From an uncultured delta proteobacterium (GTDB lineage Bacteria > Desulfobacterota > Binatia > JACPRU01), in contig CAVUWD010000019.1 of NCBI GenBank assembly GCA_963745025.1, positions 128,001 to 192,000 of the forward strand: a stretch of DNA of 64,000 nucleotides, read 5' to 3'. Made by a program: the position numbers and the translations under genes. A model generated the notes under the pieces. It saw only the letters and a program-made list of their open reading frames with translations. It ran no database searches and had not been told where the DNA came from. This document shows positions 51,609 through 63,863 of this stretch, in pieces; position 1 is the stretch's first letter; each line of letters opens with the position of its first letter.

Positions 51609-53790
51609 ATGACCCTCCAAGATCTCATCAACCGCGTCCAAGCCTACAATCCGGTCGCCGATACCGGCACGATCAGCCGGGCCTACGAGTTCTCGGCCGA
51701 CGTCCATCGCGGCCAAAAACGGCTGTCGGGCGAGCCCTACCTCACCCATCCCCTGGAGGTCGCCGGGATCATCGCCGAGCTGAGGCTCGACGTGCCGAGC
51801 GATCGCCACGGGGCTGCTGCACGACACCGTCGAGGACACGCTGACGACGCTCCGGCAGATCGAGCAGATCTTCGGCCCCGAGATCGCCTCTCTCGTCGAC
51901 GGCGTCACGAAGATCAGCCAGATCAACTTCACCACGCGCGAGGAGAAGCAGGCCGAGAACTTCCGCAAGATGATCCTCGCGATGGCGCGCGACATCCGCG
52001 TCATCCTGGTCAAGCTCGCCGACCGCACGCACAACATGCGCACGCTCGGCCACCTGCCGACGGACAAGCAGCTCGAGATCGCCCAGGAGACGCTCGACAT
52101 CTACGCGCCGCTCGCGCACCGCCTCGGCATCTACTGGATGAAGACCGAGCTCGAGGACAACGCGCTGCGCTACCTCCACCCCGAGGTCTACTACCAGCTC
52201 AAGCGCAGCGATCGCGAAGAAGAAGGACGAGCGCGAGCGCTACATCAAGGAAGTCATCGGCGTGCTCGCGAAGAAGCTCGAAGCGGCGGGCGTCGAGGCG
52301 CGAGGTCACGGGCCGGCCGAAGCACTTCTACTCGATCTACCAGAAGATGCAGCAGCAGAACCTGCTCTACGACCAGATCTACGACCTGGTCGCGTTCCGC
52401 ATCCTCGTCGACACGCGTCCGCGAGTGCTACGAGGCGCTCGGCGTCGTGCACGCGAACTGGAAGCCGGTGCCCGGCCGCTTCAAGGACTACATCGCGCTG
52501 CCCAAGGCGAACTGCTACCAGTCGCTGCACACGACCGTGATCGGTCCGTACGGCGAGCGCATCGAGGTGCAGATCCGCACGCACGAGATGCACCGCGTGG
52601 CCGAGTACGGGATCGCCGCGCACTGGAGGTACAAGGGGTCGGCAGCGGATGCGTCCCGAAGACGCGCAGCGCTTCGCCTGGCTGCGCCAGCTCGCTCGAG
52701 TGGCAGCAGCATCTGCACGACCCGCAGGAGTTCCTGCAGATCCGTCAAGGAGGACCTGTTCGCCGAGGAGGTCTTCGTCTTCACGCCGAAGGGCGACATC
52801 CTGAATTTCCCCGAGGGCGCGACGGTCATCGACTTCGCCTACCGGATCCACTCCGAGGTCGGCCATCACTGCACCGGCGCGCGCGGCGAACGGCAAGCTC
52901 GTGCCGCTGCGCTACCAGCTGCAGAGCGGCGACACGGTCGAGATCATCACCACGCCGCAGCAGACGCCGTCCAAGGACTGGCTGAAGATCGTCAAGACGC
53001 CACGCGGCGAGCTCGAAGATCCGCGCCTGGATCAAGGCTCAGCAGCGCACGCGGAGCGTGGACCGTCGGCCGTGAGATCCTCGAGCGCGATCTCGGACGT
53101 TACAAGCTCGAGGTTTCCAAGCTCCGCAAGGACGGTCGGCTCGACAAGCTGCTCGAGGAGCTGAGCCTCAAGGACGAAGAAGGCCTGCTCGCCGCAGTCG
53201 GCTACGGCCGCATCACCCCGCATCAAGTGCTGTCGAAGCTGTTGCCGCCGGGGGAGTTGAAGGAGCATCCGGCCGCGAAGCCGGAGGGAGCGCTCAAGAA
53301 GCTCTTTCGACTGGTGGCGCGCCAGCAGGCCCCTGGTCAGCGAGGGCGCGTCGACGGCGTACGGGTGAGCGGCGTCGAGGACGTGCTGGTTCGCTTCGGG
53401 CGCTGCTGTAGCCCACTACCGGGAGAGTCGATCGCCGGCTTCATCACCCTCGGCCGCGGCGTCACGGTGCACTCCGCGAGCTGCCCGCGCGTGATGGAGA
53501 GCGATTCCGCACGCCGTGTCGACGTCGTCTGGGACGGAGTGGCGACGGCCCTACGCGCGGTGAAGGTCGAGGTGGTCTGCGTCGATCAGCCGGGGATGCT
53601 CGCCTCGATTTCGAAGGTGATCAGCTCGAGCGGCATCAACATTGCGCGCGCCGAGGTGCGGACCGACGGTCAGCAGCGGGCGGTCTCGAGCTTCCATCTC
53701 ATGGTGACGAGCGCCGAGGCGCTGAACCACGTGATGCGGGCGATTGGCAAGCTCCGTGGCGTGCTGCGCGTCAGTCGAGTGGCCGCATGA
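51609..53790 (+). CDS. relA: Bifunctional (p)ppGpp synthetase/hydrolase (about 10 apparent frameshifts in 51800-53065)
   Basis: SGEPYLTHP, LLHDTVED, KLADRTHNMRT, YQSLHT, EVQIRT, GIAAHW, TGS domain and ACT domain. Confidence 0.92.
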
Positions 53791-54179
53791 GCGGTCGACA
53801 GCCGAAGGCGGTGCGAGCAGCGACCGCGCCGGCGCCGATCGGACCATACTCCCAAGCGATCGAGAGCGGCGAGTGGCTCTTTTGCTCGGGGCAAATCGGC
53901 CTCGATCCGCGGAGCGGGGAGCTGGTTCGGGGCGGCGCGGCGGAGGAAGCCCGCCAGGCGCTTGGGAACCTCCGGGCCGTGCTCGACGCGGCGGGTCTTC
54001 GGTTCGCGGATTTGGTGAAGACGACGATCTATCTCGTGGAGTTTTCCGACTTCTCCGCCGTCAACGAGATCTACGGCGAGTTCGTAGTCTCGCCGTACCC
54101 GGCCCGCGCCACCGTCGGCGTGGCCTCGCTACCGCGCGGAGCACGAGTGGAGATCGAGGCGATCGCGCGTAAGAAATGA
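53787..54179 (+). CDS. ridA: RidA family enamine deaminase
   Basis: APAPIGPYSQA, SGQIG, PARATV and VEIEAIA. Confidence 0.93.
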   Translation: MSGRQPKAVRAATAPAPIGPYSQAIESGEWLFCSGQIGLDPRSGELVRGGAAEEARQALGNLRAVLDAAGLRFADLVKTTIYLVEFSDFSAVNEIYGEFVVSPYPARATVGVASLPRGARVEIEAIARKK

Positions 54180-54243
54180 CGGCGACGGGCCATGGGCAAG
54201 GGTTTCGCGATTCCCCCCGGGTAGCCGGAAACTAGTCGCCTCT

Positions 54244-54435
54244 TCAGGCCGCCTTCGTCACTTTTCCCGAGCGCAGGCAGCGGGTGCACACCAGCACCCG
54301 GCGGACGCCGCCGCCGACCTTGGCGCGGACGGTTTGCAGGTTTGCTTGCCAGGTCCGCTTGGTACGGTTGTTGGCGTGGCTGACGTTGTTGCCAACCGAG
54401 CGATGCTTTCCGCAGATCTCGCAAGTTCGGGCCAT
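54244..54435 (-). CDS. rpmB: 50S ribosomal protein L28 (Zn-binding type)
   Basis: [24 protein letters not shown]...CTRC. Confidence 0.97.
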   Translation of the reverse strand: MARTCEICGKHRSVGNNVSHANNRTKRTWQANLQTVRAKVGGGVRRVLVCTRCLRSGKVTKAA

Positions 54436-54473
54436 CGGGCGGTGTCTTCCTTTCGCCGGTGTCGAAGCAGGAC

Positions 54474-54502
54474 TGTCTAGCGGTTTCCGCGGGGCGGGTC
54501 AA
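54474..54502 (-). promoter_or_regulatory. Candidate sigma70 promoter of rpmB
   Basis: Minus strand TTGACC-N17-TAGACA. Palindrome cgcttgca-N6-tgcaagcg (54514-54535) lies just upstream. Confidence 0.5.
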
Positions 54503-54595
54503 TTTGCGAGACCCGCTTGCATGACATTGCAAGCGCGGATCGCTCCGATGGCGCCCGTTCGCGGGAACGCGTCGAGCCCGAGCAAAGCGCCGGCG

Positions 54596-55069
54596 TCAAG
54601 TCCCACGAATGCGTCGTAGAACCTCCGTCGTCGACATTCCCGGATGGTAGGTCATGCGCTCGACGCGTCCGCCGCGGCGGCGAACGAACTCCGCGCCGAC
54701 GATGTCGGCCTCCTTCCAGTCGCCGCCCTTGACGAGCACGTCGGGCTCGACCGCATGGATGAGCTCGAGAGGCGTATTCTCGTCGAAGAGGGTCACGTAG
54801 TCGACCATGTCGAGCGCCGCCAACACCTCCGCGCGCTCATCTTCTGTGAAAATTGGGCGGCCGGGTCCTTTGCCGAGGCTGCCGACCGACCGATCGCTGT
54901 TCACGCCGACGACCAGGCGGTCACCGAGCCCTCGCGCCTCGCGCAGCGAGCGCACGTGCCCCGGATGAAGCAGGTCGAAACATCCGTTCGTGAAGACGAC
55001 CGTCCGTCCGGCCCTCCGCTCTTCGGCGAGAGCCTCCCGCAGTTCGGCACGACCCAGGACACGGCCCAC
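54596..55069 (-). CDS. rfaE2: Heptose-1-phosphate adenylyltransferase
   Basis: VFTNGCFDLLHPGH, GVNSD.SV and PDVLVKGGD. Confidence 0.94.
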   Translation of the reverse strand: MGRVLGRAELREALAEERRAGRTVVFTNGCFDLLHPGHVRSLREARGLGDRLVVGVNSDRSVGSLGKGPGRPIFTEDERAEVLAALDMVDYVTLFDENTPLELIHAVEPDVLVKGGDWKEADIVGAEFVRRRGGRVERMTYHPGMSTTEVLRRIRGT

Positions 55070-55186
55070 CTGCTGAGTTTACCCCCTCGATCTTCGGCTG
55101 GCGAGCCATTTCGGACTCGCGCTCGCTGCTGATACACTCCGCCCCCGCCGATGGCCGACTATCGAAAAAAGCGCTGGCGGACGGAG

Positions 55187-56587
55187 ATGACGGTGCGTGT
55201 CGACGTCAACGGCGCGCTCGATTCGCTGATCGGCGAGGCGGGGCTGCGAGAGGCTGAGCTCGCCAATCTCGAGCAAAACGTCGCCGGCGCGCACGCGGCC
55301 CTCGAAGCGAGGCGCAAAGCGAAGGAGATGCGGTTTCGCGACCTCCCCTACGAGAAGCACGAGGTGCAGAAGATCCTCGAGCTCGCTCGCGAGGTGCGCT
55401 CCGAGGGCGACACGCTCGTGGTACTCGGCATCGGCGGCTCGGCGCTCGGCACGCGCGCGCTCCATCGGGCGCTCTGCCCGCCCTTTCATGGCCACCGGCC
55501 TGGATCGGCCGAACGGGGCGCTCGCCTCCTCATCGCGGACAACATAGATCCGCGGACGTTCGGCGCCATTCTCGACGAAGTCGATCCACACCGGACGACG
55601 TTCAACGTGATCTCCAAGTCGGGTGAGACCGCGGAGACCATGAGCCAGTTTCTCATCGTCCGCGAGCGACTGCTCAAGGTGCTCGGTGCCGTGGATTACA
55701 ATCGCCGGGTCGTTGTCACCACGGATGCCGACGCCGGTGCCTTACGGCAGATCGTCAACGACGAGGGGTTCCGCTCGCTCGCGATCCCCGCGGGCATCGG
55801 CGGACGCTACGCGGTGTTGACGGCGGTCGGGCTCTTTCCCGCGGCCGTCGCCGGCATCGACGTCAACGAGCTTCTGGCTGGTGCTGCCGTGATGGATGAG
55901 CGTTGCTCGTCGCCGTCGCTGCTCGAGAACCCCGCCTATCTACACGGCGCAGTGCACTATCTCGCGCACACCGCCCGGCAGAAGACGGTGCGGGTGATGA
56001 TGCCGTACTCCGACGCGCTCGCCCCTCTCGCGGCCTGGTTCGCGCAGCTCTCTGCCGAGAGTCTCGGCAAGGAGCTCGACCTCGACGGCCGCGTCGTTCG
56101 CAACGGCCAGACTCCGCTCGCCGCGGTCGGCTCGAGCGACCAGCATTCGCTCCTCCAGCTCTTCGCCGAAGGTCCGAACGACAAGATCCTCTCCTTCATC
56201 CGCGTGGAGGACCAGGGCGTGCGGCTCGAGATCCCGCAGGGCTACGGCGACTTGGAGAGTGTCGGCTATCTCGGCGGGCGTACGCTCGGCGAACTGTTGA
56301 ATCTCGAGCAACGAGCGACCGAGATCTCGCTCGCGGAGCGCGGCCGAATGACGACGACCCTGCACGTGCCGATGGTGAACCCGTTCACACTGGGCCAGCT
56401 GGTCTACCTACTGGAGGTGCAAACGGTGCTCGAGGCCGCGCTGTACCGTGTGGATCCCTTCAACCAGCCCGGTATCGAGGTCGGCAAGCGCCTGACCTAT
56501 GGTATGGCCGGCCGGCGCGGCTTCGAGGAGAAGCGCGCGGAGGTGGAGGCGTGGATGCAGAAGAAGAATCCGAAGTATGTGATCTAG
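55187..56587 (+). CDS. pgi: Glucose-6-phosphate isomerase
   Basis: LGIGGSALG, SKSGETAET, GGRY, AESLGK, DQHS and FNQPG.E.GK. Confidence 0.92.
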   Translation: MTVRVDVNGALDSLIGEAGLREAELANLEQNVAGAHAALEARRKAKEMRFRDLPYEKHEVQKILELAREVRSEGDTLVVLGIGGSALGTRALHRALCPPFHGHRPGSAERGARLLIADNIDPRTFGAILDEVDPHRTTFNVISKSGETAETMSQFLIVRERLLKVLGAVDYNRRVVVTTDADAGALRQIVNDEGFRSLAIPAGIGGRYAVLTAVGLFPAAVAGIDVNELLAGAAVMDERCSSPSLLENPAYLHGAVHYLAHTARQKTVRVMMPYSDALAPLAAWFAQLSAESLGKELDLDGRVVRNGQTPLAAVGSSDQHSLLQLFAEGPNDKILSFIRVEDQGVRLEIPQGYGDLESVGYLGGRTLGELLNLEQRATEISLAERGRMTTTLHVPMVNPFTLGQLVYLLEVQTVLEAALYRVDPFNQPGIEVGKRLTYGMAGRRGFEEKRAEVEAWMQKKNPKYVI

Positions 56588-56595
56588 GAGGCTCA

Positions 56596-56673
56596 GGCTA
56601 CAGACTACCGGCTACGGGTAAGACGAAGACACAACGGAATCGTTGCCGTGCCCGTAGCCTGTAGTCCGTAGCC
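56596..56673. repeat. HPR family 1, copy 8
   Basis: ggctaca gactacc ggctacg gg...cc cgtagcc tgtagtc cgtagcc. Confidence 0.85.
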
Positions 56674-56687
56674 GGCAAGGGTTTCCC

Positions 56688-58394
56688 GTGCCGAAGATCC
56701 AAGTCCTTCCCGACTCCGTCGCGCGCAAGATCGCGGCGGGCGAGGTCATCGAGCGGCCGGTGTCGGTGGTGAAGGAACTCGTCGAGAACTCGCTCGACGC
56801 AGGGGCAGGGCGGGTCGTCGTCGAGCTCGACCAGGGGGGGCGTCGCCGGATCGCGGTCACGGACGACGGTGAGGGAATGGCACGCGAGGATGTCCTCGTT
56901 GCGTTTCAGCCGCATGCGACGAGCAAGATCCGTGGCGAGGAGGACCTGCTCCGCATCTCCACGCTCGGTTTTCGCGGCGAGGCGCTGCCGTCGATCGCCG
57001 CGGTATCGGAGGTCGAGCTCTGGACCTGCCGCCGCGGCGAGACCGTCGGCACCCATCTGCGGATGGAGGGCGGCAAGCCGGTCCTCGCCGAGGACGTCGG
57101 CACGGCCATCGGTTGCCGCATCGAGGTGCGGGAGCTGTTCGCGCCGACGCCGGCGCGGCGGAAGTTCCTCAAGGCGCCGGCCACGGAGGCGGGACACGTG
57201 GCGCAGCTCGTCGGCCGATTCGCGCTCGCCCGTCCGGACATCGGGTTCGAGCTCCGGCAAGAGAGGCGGGACACACTGTCGCTGCCTCCCGGAACTCGGC
57301 GCGAGCGGATCCGCCGCGTGCTCGGCGGAGAGATCGAGACCGAGATGCGCCCCGTCGAGTTCGAGGGACCGCTCCGGTTATCGGGGTTCGTGACGCACCC
57401 GCACTCCTCGTTCGCGAACTCGCGAAGCATTCTCTTCTTCGTCAACGGACGGCTGGTCCGAGATCGTCTGCTCCAGCATGCGATTCTCGCGGCCTATGCC
57501 ACGCTCCTACCGCAGGGTCGCTATCCGGCCGCCGTCCTCTTCCTCGACCTCCCGCCCGAGCAAGTCGACGTCAACGTGCATCCCGCGAAGCTCGAGGTTC
57601 GCTTTCGCGACTCTCAGGCGGTCCATGATGCGATTCGTCGGACGGTGCGTGACGCCCTGCGGAGCGTGCCGGCGGGAGCTCTGCTCGTTGCCGCGGAAGC
57701 CTCGCCGGCGTATCCCCCGGTTGCCGGCTCGCCGCAGGCGCCGAGCGGAGAAGCGCGGCTGCGCTTGGTCACGGCGGCGGCAGAAAGGGAATCGTTGCCG
57801 TTCGAGGCGCCCGGCCTCTTCTCGTCACTGCGCGTCGTCGGGCAGGTCTTCGACGGCTATATCGTCTGCGAAGGAGACGGCGAGGTCGTGCTCATCGATC
57901 AGCACGCCGCACACGAACGCGTCGCCTTCGAGCGGCTGCGGTCGGCACGACAGTGCGGGCGGATCGAGTCGCAGACGATGCTTGTTGCGCAACCGGTCGA
58001 GGTCGGGGCAGGGGAGGCCGAATTGCTCGTCGCCGCGGTGGAGGACCTCGCCGTTTGTGGCCTCGACCTCGAGCCGTTCGGGGAGCGCACGGTGCTCGTG
58101 CGCGCGGTTCCGGCGCTACTGCCTCCGGAGGCCATCGCTCCGCTCGTCCGCGCCATCGCTTCCGACCTCGGCGAGGTCGAGCGATCGCGTGCCCTCGAGG
58201 CGCGGACGGAGAGCGTGCTCGCCACCATCGCCTGCCACTCGGTGGTCCGCGTCGGTCAGAAGCTCTCCGAGTCGGAGATGCGTGGGCTCCTCTCCGCGAT
58301 GGATTCGATCGATCTCAGTTCAAACTGCCCGCATGGCCGACCGGTGGCGCGCCGGATGCCGCGCTCGGAGCTCGAGCGGCGGTTCGGTCGGTAG
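56688..58394 (+). CDS. mutL: DNA mismatch repair protein MutL (endonuclease type)
   Basis: IAAGEVIERP, GFRGEAL, DQHAAHER, ACH and CPHGRP. Confidence 0.97.
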   Translation: MPKIQVLPDSVARKIAAGEVIERPVSVVKELVENSLDAGAGRVVVELDQGGRRRIAVTDDGEGMAREDVLVAFQPHATSKIRGEEDLLRISTLGFRGEALPSIAAVSEVELWTCRRGETVGTHLRMEGGKPVLAEDVGTAIGCRIEVRELFAPTPARRKFLKAPATEAGHVAQLVGRFALARPDIGFELRQERRDTLSLPPGTRRERIRRVLGGEIETEMRPVEFEGPLRLSGFVTHPHSSFANSRSILFFVNGRLVRDRLLQHAILAAYATLLPQGRYPAAVLFLDLPPEQVDVNVHPAKLEVRFRDSQAVHDAIRRTVRDALRSVPAGALLVAAEASPAYPPVAGSPQAPSGEARLRLVTAAAERESLPFEAPGLFSSLRVVGQVFDGYIVCEGDGEVVLIDQHAAHERVAFERLRSARQCGRIESQTMLVAQPVEVGAGEAELLVAAVEDLAVCGLDLEPFGERTVLVRAVPALLPPEAIAPLVRAIASDLGEVERSRALEARTESVLATIACHSVVRVGQKLSESEMRGLLSAMDSIDLSSNCPHGRPVARRMPRSELERRFGR

Positions 58395-58408
58395 GGTCGT
58401 CCGTGACG

Positions 58409-59341
58409 ATGCTCCGCTGGCTGGTGATTGCAGGCCCGACCGCGTCCGGCAAGAGCGCACTCTCGCTGGACATCGCAGAACGTTTCCGCGGCGAGATCGT
58501 CAACGCCGACTCGCGGCAGATCTACCGCTACATGGACGTCGGCACGGCGAAGCCCAAGGCGGACGAGCGGCAGCGCGCGCCGCATCACCTCTTCGACGTG
58601 GCGATGCCCGACGAGCGATTCGATGCGGCCCGCTACCGTCACCTTGCGCGCCCAGCAGTCGCCGCGATCGCGGCGCGCGGAAAGCTCCCCATCGTGGTCG
58701 GCGGAACCGGCCTCTACATTCGAGCGCTCACAAGGGGTCTCTTCGCGGCGCCCTCCGCGTTCGCACCGCTCCGCCGCTCGCTCGAGGGGCTGGAGGAACG
58801 GCGCCCCGGCACGTTGCATCGCTGGTGCCGGCGGCTCGACCCGCGAGTCGCGGAGCGAGTGCACCCGAACGACCGCGTGCGGTTGACCCGCGCGTTGGAG
58901 GTGACGCTGACGACGGGTGAGCGCATGTCGGAGCAGCAACAGCGGCATGGCTTCGCGGAGCGGCTCGGCACCGTCTTGTACCTGGTCGTCGATCCGGGAG
59001 TGGAAGAGCTGAAGCAGCGCATCCGCACGCGCTCGGCCGATCTGTTCGAGCGAGGTCTGGTCGAGGAGGTGCGCCAACTCCGGGAGCGAGGCTACGGGCC
59101 GGAGCTGCCGGCGCTACGGAGCATCGGCTACTTCGAGGCGGGTCACGTACTCTCCGGCGAGAAGTCCGTCGCGGAAGCGACCGAAGACGTCGTGCGCGCC
59201 ACGGAGCGCTTCGCCAAGCGCCAGCGGACGTGGTTTCGCGGGGAAGCCGACGCCGTCTGGATTCGTCCCGACGAGAGCCGAGCGCACATCCTCGAGGGGA
59301 TTGGACGATTCCTCGAGAAGCCTTCGAAGGCGCCATTGTAA
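58409..59341 (+). CDS. miaA: tRNA dimethylallyltransferase
   Basis: GPTASGKS, DSRQIYR.MD.GTAKP, VGGTGLY and AKRQ.TW. Confidence 0.96.
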   Translation: MLRWLVIAGPTASGKSALSLDIAERFRGEIVNADSRQIYRYMDVGTAKPKADERQRAPHHLFDVAMPDERFDAARYRHLARPAVAAIAARGKLPIVVGGTGLYIRALTRGLFAAPSAFAPLRRSLEGLEERRPGTLHRWCRRLDPRVAERVHPNDRVRLTRALEVTLTTGERMSEQQQRHGFAERLGTVLYLVVDPGVEELKQRIRTRSADLFERGLVEEVRQLRERGYGPELPALRSIGYFEAGHVLSGEKSVAEATEDVVRATERFAKRQRTWFRGEADAVWIRPDESRAHILEGIGRFLEKPSKAPL

Positions 59342-59376
59342 ACACGAAGCGCTTGGTCGATCATTACCGGCCCCCG

Positions 59377-60324
59377 ATGCAATCGACCTATCTCGATTTC
59401 GAACGTCCGCTCGAAGAGCTCGACCGGCGCGTCGAGGAGCTGCGCGGCCGAAAACCGCCGCCGGCCGAGCTCGAGCCGCTGAAGCGAAGCCGGCGCCAGC
59501 TCGAGGCCGAGATCTACCAGGAATTGAGCCCCTGGTATCGCGTGCAGCTGTCCCGCCATCCCGATCGGCCGCAGACTCTCGATTACGCCGCGCAGCTCTT
59601 TCGCGACTTCACCGAGCTCCATGGCGACCGATCCTTCGCCGACGATCCGTCCGTGGTCGGCGGTCTCGCGTGGTTCGGCGCAAAGCCCGTCATGCTGGTC
59701 GGCCACCAGCGCGGCCGGACGACCCAAGAGAAGATCCGCCGCAATTTCGGGATGCCGAAGCCGGAAGGCTACCGCAAGGCGCTGCGCCTCTTCCGGCTCG
59801 CCGAGCGCTTTGGGCGACCGATCGTCTGCATGATCGATACGCAGGGCGCGTTTCCCGGCCCCGACGCTGAGGAGCGAGGGCAGGCGGAGGCGATCGCGCG
59901 GAACCTGCGTGCGATGACGGGGCTCCGAGTTCCGCTCGTCGTCTGCGTCATCGGCGAGGGAGGAAGCGGGGGCGCGCTCGCGCTCGGGGTGGGCGACCGT
60001 ATCCTCATGTTCGAGTATGCCTGCTACTCGGTGATCACTCCGGAAGGATGCGCGGCGATCCTCTATCGGCAAAAGACTGCCGAGTCCGTCGCACGGGCGG
60101 CCGAAGCCTTGCGCCTCACGGCCAAGGACCTACACGCACTCGGCGTGATCGACGAGATCGTTCCCGAACCGCGGGGCGGGGCACACCGGCACGCGGCGGA
60201 AGCGATGGAATCACTGCGTGCCGCGCTCGCCCGCCACCTCGGCGAGCTCTCCGAGGTGCCGCCCGAGCGGCTGCGGGAGGCGCGTTACGAGAAGTTTCGG
60301 CGGATGGGGGTTTTGGCGGGATAG
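59377..60324 (+). CDS. accA: Acetyl-CoA carboxylase carboxyltransferase alpha subunit
   Basis: YLDFERP, ELHGDR, NFGMPKPEGYRKA, GEGGSGGA and YSVITPEGCA. Confidence 0.96.
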   Translation: MQSTYLDFERPLEELDRRVEELRGRKPPPAELEPLKRSRRQLEAEIYQELSPWYRVQLSRHPDRPQTLDYAAQLFRDFTELHGDRSFADDPSVVGGLAWFGAKPVMLVGHQRGRTTQEKIRRNFGMPKPEGYRKALRLFRLAERFGRPIVCMIDTQGAFPGPDAEERGQAEAIARNLRAMTGLRVPLVVCVIGEGGSGGALALGVGDRILMFEYACYSVITPEGCAAILYRQKTAESVARAAEALRLTAKDLHALGVIDEIVPEPRGGAHRHAAEAMESLRAALARHLGELSEVPPERLREARYEKFRRMGVLAG

Positions 60325-60540
60325 TCACAGCGCGCTGCGCGCCCGTGGCGCCGTTCCGTCGAGGCACGATCGTAGCCGTACAGGCCCCCTCCGTACGCGA
60401 TGGCGGGAGGAGGTCCGTCCCGACGCATGCTCGGCGAGATGCGCCCTCATCGCGCGATCCGTGCACGGGCCGGGCCGAATCCGCCTTGCAGTCGTTCGTC
60501 GTATGCGTTACCGAGATTCTTTTTAGGCAGAGACCCATCG

Positions 60541-61610
60541 TTGTCCGCGAAAACCATCAACCGGCTGCGGCGCCAGATCGATCAAATCGACGATGATCTG
60601 CTGCGCCTGCTTGCCCGGCGTGCCGAAGGCGCTCGGGCGATCGGCCGCGCCAAGGCGGCGGGCGGCCGCAGTGTCTACGTCCCTGCCCGCGAGAAGAAGA
60701 TTCTCGACCGCTTGAACCGCAAACGCGGCGTCCTCCCCGCGCCCGTCGTGCGCGCCGTCTTCCGGGAGGTGATCTCTGCGTGCCGCGCGCTCGAGCGTGG
60801 CATTCGCGTCGCGTATCTCGGCCCCGAGGCGACGTATTCGCACATGGCGGCGCGCGAACAGTTTGGGGCCGCCGCCACGTTCGTGCCGGCGGAGTCGATC
60901 CCCCAGGTGTTCGAGGAAGTGGAGCGGGAGGAGGCCGAATTCGCGGTCGTTCCGATCGAAAACTCGACCGACGGCGTTGTCACCCACACGCTCGACCGGT
61001 TCCTCGAGTCCCCGCTTCGCATCGCCGCCGAGATCTGTCTCGACGTGAACCACTGCCTACTTTCGAAGCGAGGTCAGCCGCAGCGCGTGCGGCGAATCTT
61101 CTCGCACCCTCAAGGACTCGCGCAGTGCCGTCGCTGGATCGCCAGCCACTACCCGCGCGCCTCGCTCCACGAGACCGCCAGCACGGCGGGTGCGGCGCGC
61201 GAGGCGGCGCGGCACGGCGACGCCGCGGCGATTGCCAGCGCGCTCGCCGCTGACGTCTACGGCCTCGCGATCCTCGCCGAGAACATCCAAGATCTGTCGT
61301 TCAACGCCACCCGCTTCGTGGTCATCGGCCCGGACGATTCGGCGGAGCCGTCCGGGGACGACAAGACTTCGGTGGTTTTTTCGATTCGCGACGAGGTCGG
61401 CATTCTTCACCACATGCTCGAGCCTTTCGCCGAGAATCGGATCAACCTGACACGCATCGAATCGCGCCCGCTGAAGGGAAAGCCGTGGGAGTATGTCTTC
61501 TTTATCGACTTCCTCGGTCACCGCAAGGAGCGTCGCGTGGCCCGAGCCCTGGCGCGGCTGGACGGTCTCAGCCGGATGCTGAAGGTGCTCGGCAGCTATC
61601 CGGTGTGGAG

Positions 61611-61614
<4 letters not shown>
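60541..61614 (+). CDS. pheA: Chorismate mutase/prephenate dehydratase
   Basis: LRRQIDQID, AYLGPEATYSH, PIENS, SHPQ, TRF and IESRP. TTG start inferred. Confidence 0.95.
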
Positions 61615-62711
<1,097 letters not shown>

Positions 62712-62754
62712 TAATGCCTCAGTCTCCGCGCGATTGCTGCGAATTTCGAGAAAT

Positions 62755-62917
62755 GCTGGAGGTTCCGGTCGGGACCTACTCGGCCCAACCGGAACCTCCA
62801 GCCACCGCGCGGAGCGCGGAAAACAATAGACGAATCCCGAGAGTTATTGCTCCCGCGCTCCGCGCGGTTGCGGTCGGTTACGGTCGACCCGAGTACGGAT
62901 CGACCGTAACCGACCGC
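62755..62917. repeat. Triple-hairpin symmetric element, copy D
   Basis: Outer hairpin 62755-62802 (TACT, degenerate inner stem), central inverted repeat 62804-62868, outer hairpin 62870-62917 (AGTA). Confidence 0.92.
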
Positions 62918-62987
62918 GCTTCCGGCTTGCCGAAAGCCGCAACGAAGGGGGAGCACCGCTGTCACCCCCGCTGACGAGACACCGCTG

Positions 62988-63863
62988 ATGCCGCTGTTCG
63001 AACGGATGGTCGTCGCCGGCGTCGGGCTGATCGGCGGCTCGCTGGGCCTGGCCGCCCGCGGCCGATCCCTGGTCGGCGAGGTCGTTGGCTACGGCCGCGG
63101 CGAGGCAAACCTGAAGGTCGCACTCGAGCGCGGCGCCATCGATCGCTACAGCCGCTCGCCCGAGGAAGCGGCGGAGGGAGCCGACCTCGTCGTCCTGGCC
63201 GTGCCGGTCCGGTCGCTTCGGCCGGTTGCGGAACGGATGCTGCCGCATGCACGGCAAGACGCGGTGGTGATCGACGTCGGCAGCGTGAAGGGCAAGGTCG
63301 TCGAATCGCTCTCCCCGCTCGTGCGACCGCCGGCGGCGTTCGTCGGCTGCCACCCCGTCGCCGGCACCGAGCATTCCGGCGCGGCGAACGCGCTGCAGGA
63401 CTTGTTCGACGGCCAGCTCTGCATCGTCACGCCGACTGCGAGCACGGCCCCACGGGCGCTGGCGCGCGTCCGGGCCCTCTGGGAAGGGCTCGGCATGCGG
63501 GTGGAATCGATGCCGCCCGCGGAGCACGATCGGCTGCTCGCCCTCGTCAGCCACCTGCCCCACGTCGTCGCCTACGCGCTGGTGGCGGCGATCGAACGCG
63601 AGAACGTGGCCGACCGCGATCCGCTGTCGTACTCGGGCGGCGGTCTTCGCGACACCACGCGCATTGCCTCGAGCCAAGCCGAAATGTGGCGCGACATTTT
63701 CCTCGACAATCGGGCCGAGGTCTTGCGGACGATCGACCAATTCAATGCGACCGTGGCGCGGCTTCGGGAGATGATCGATCGCGAGGAAGCCGCGCCGCTC
63801 GAGGCCGAGCTCGATCGCGCGCGACGCGCACGAGGTCGTTTGTCGAAGGAGCGCGGCGGGTGA
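62988..63863 (+). CDS. tyrA: Prephenate/arogenate dehydrogenase
   Basis: GVGLIGGS, DVGSVK, HPVAGTE.SG, SHLPH and RDTTRIA.S. Confidence 0.94.
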   Translation: MPLFERMVVAGVGLIGGSLGLAARGRSLVGEVVGYGRGEANLKVALERGAIDRYSRSPEEAAEGADLVVLAVPVRSLRPVAERMLPHARQDAVVIDVGSVKGKVVESLSPLVRPPAAFVGCHPVAGTEHSGAANALQDLFDGQLCIVTPTASTAPRALARVRALWEGLGMRVESMPPAEHDRLLALVSHLPHVVAYALVAAIERENVADRDPLSYSGGGLRDTTRIASSQAEMWRDIFLDNRAEVLRTIDQFNATVARLREMIDREEAAPLEAELDRARRARGRLSKERGG

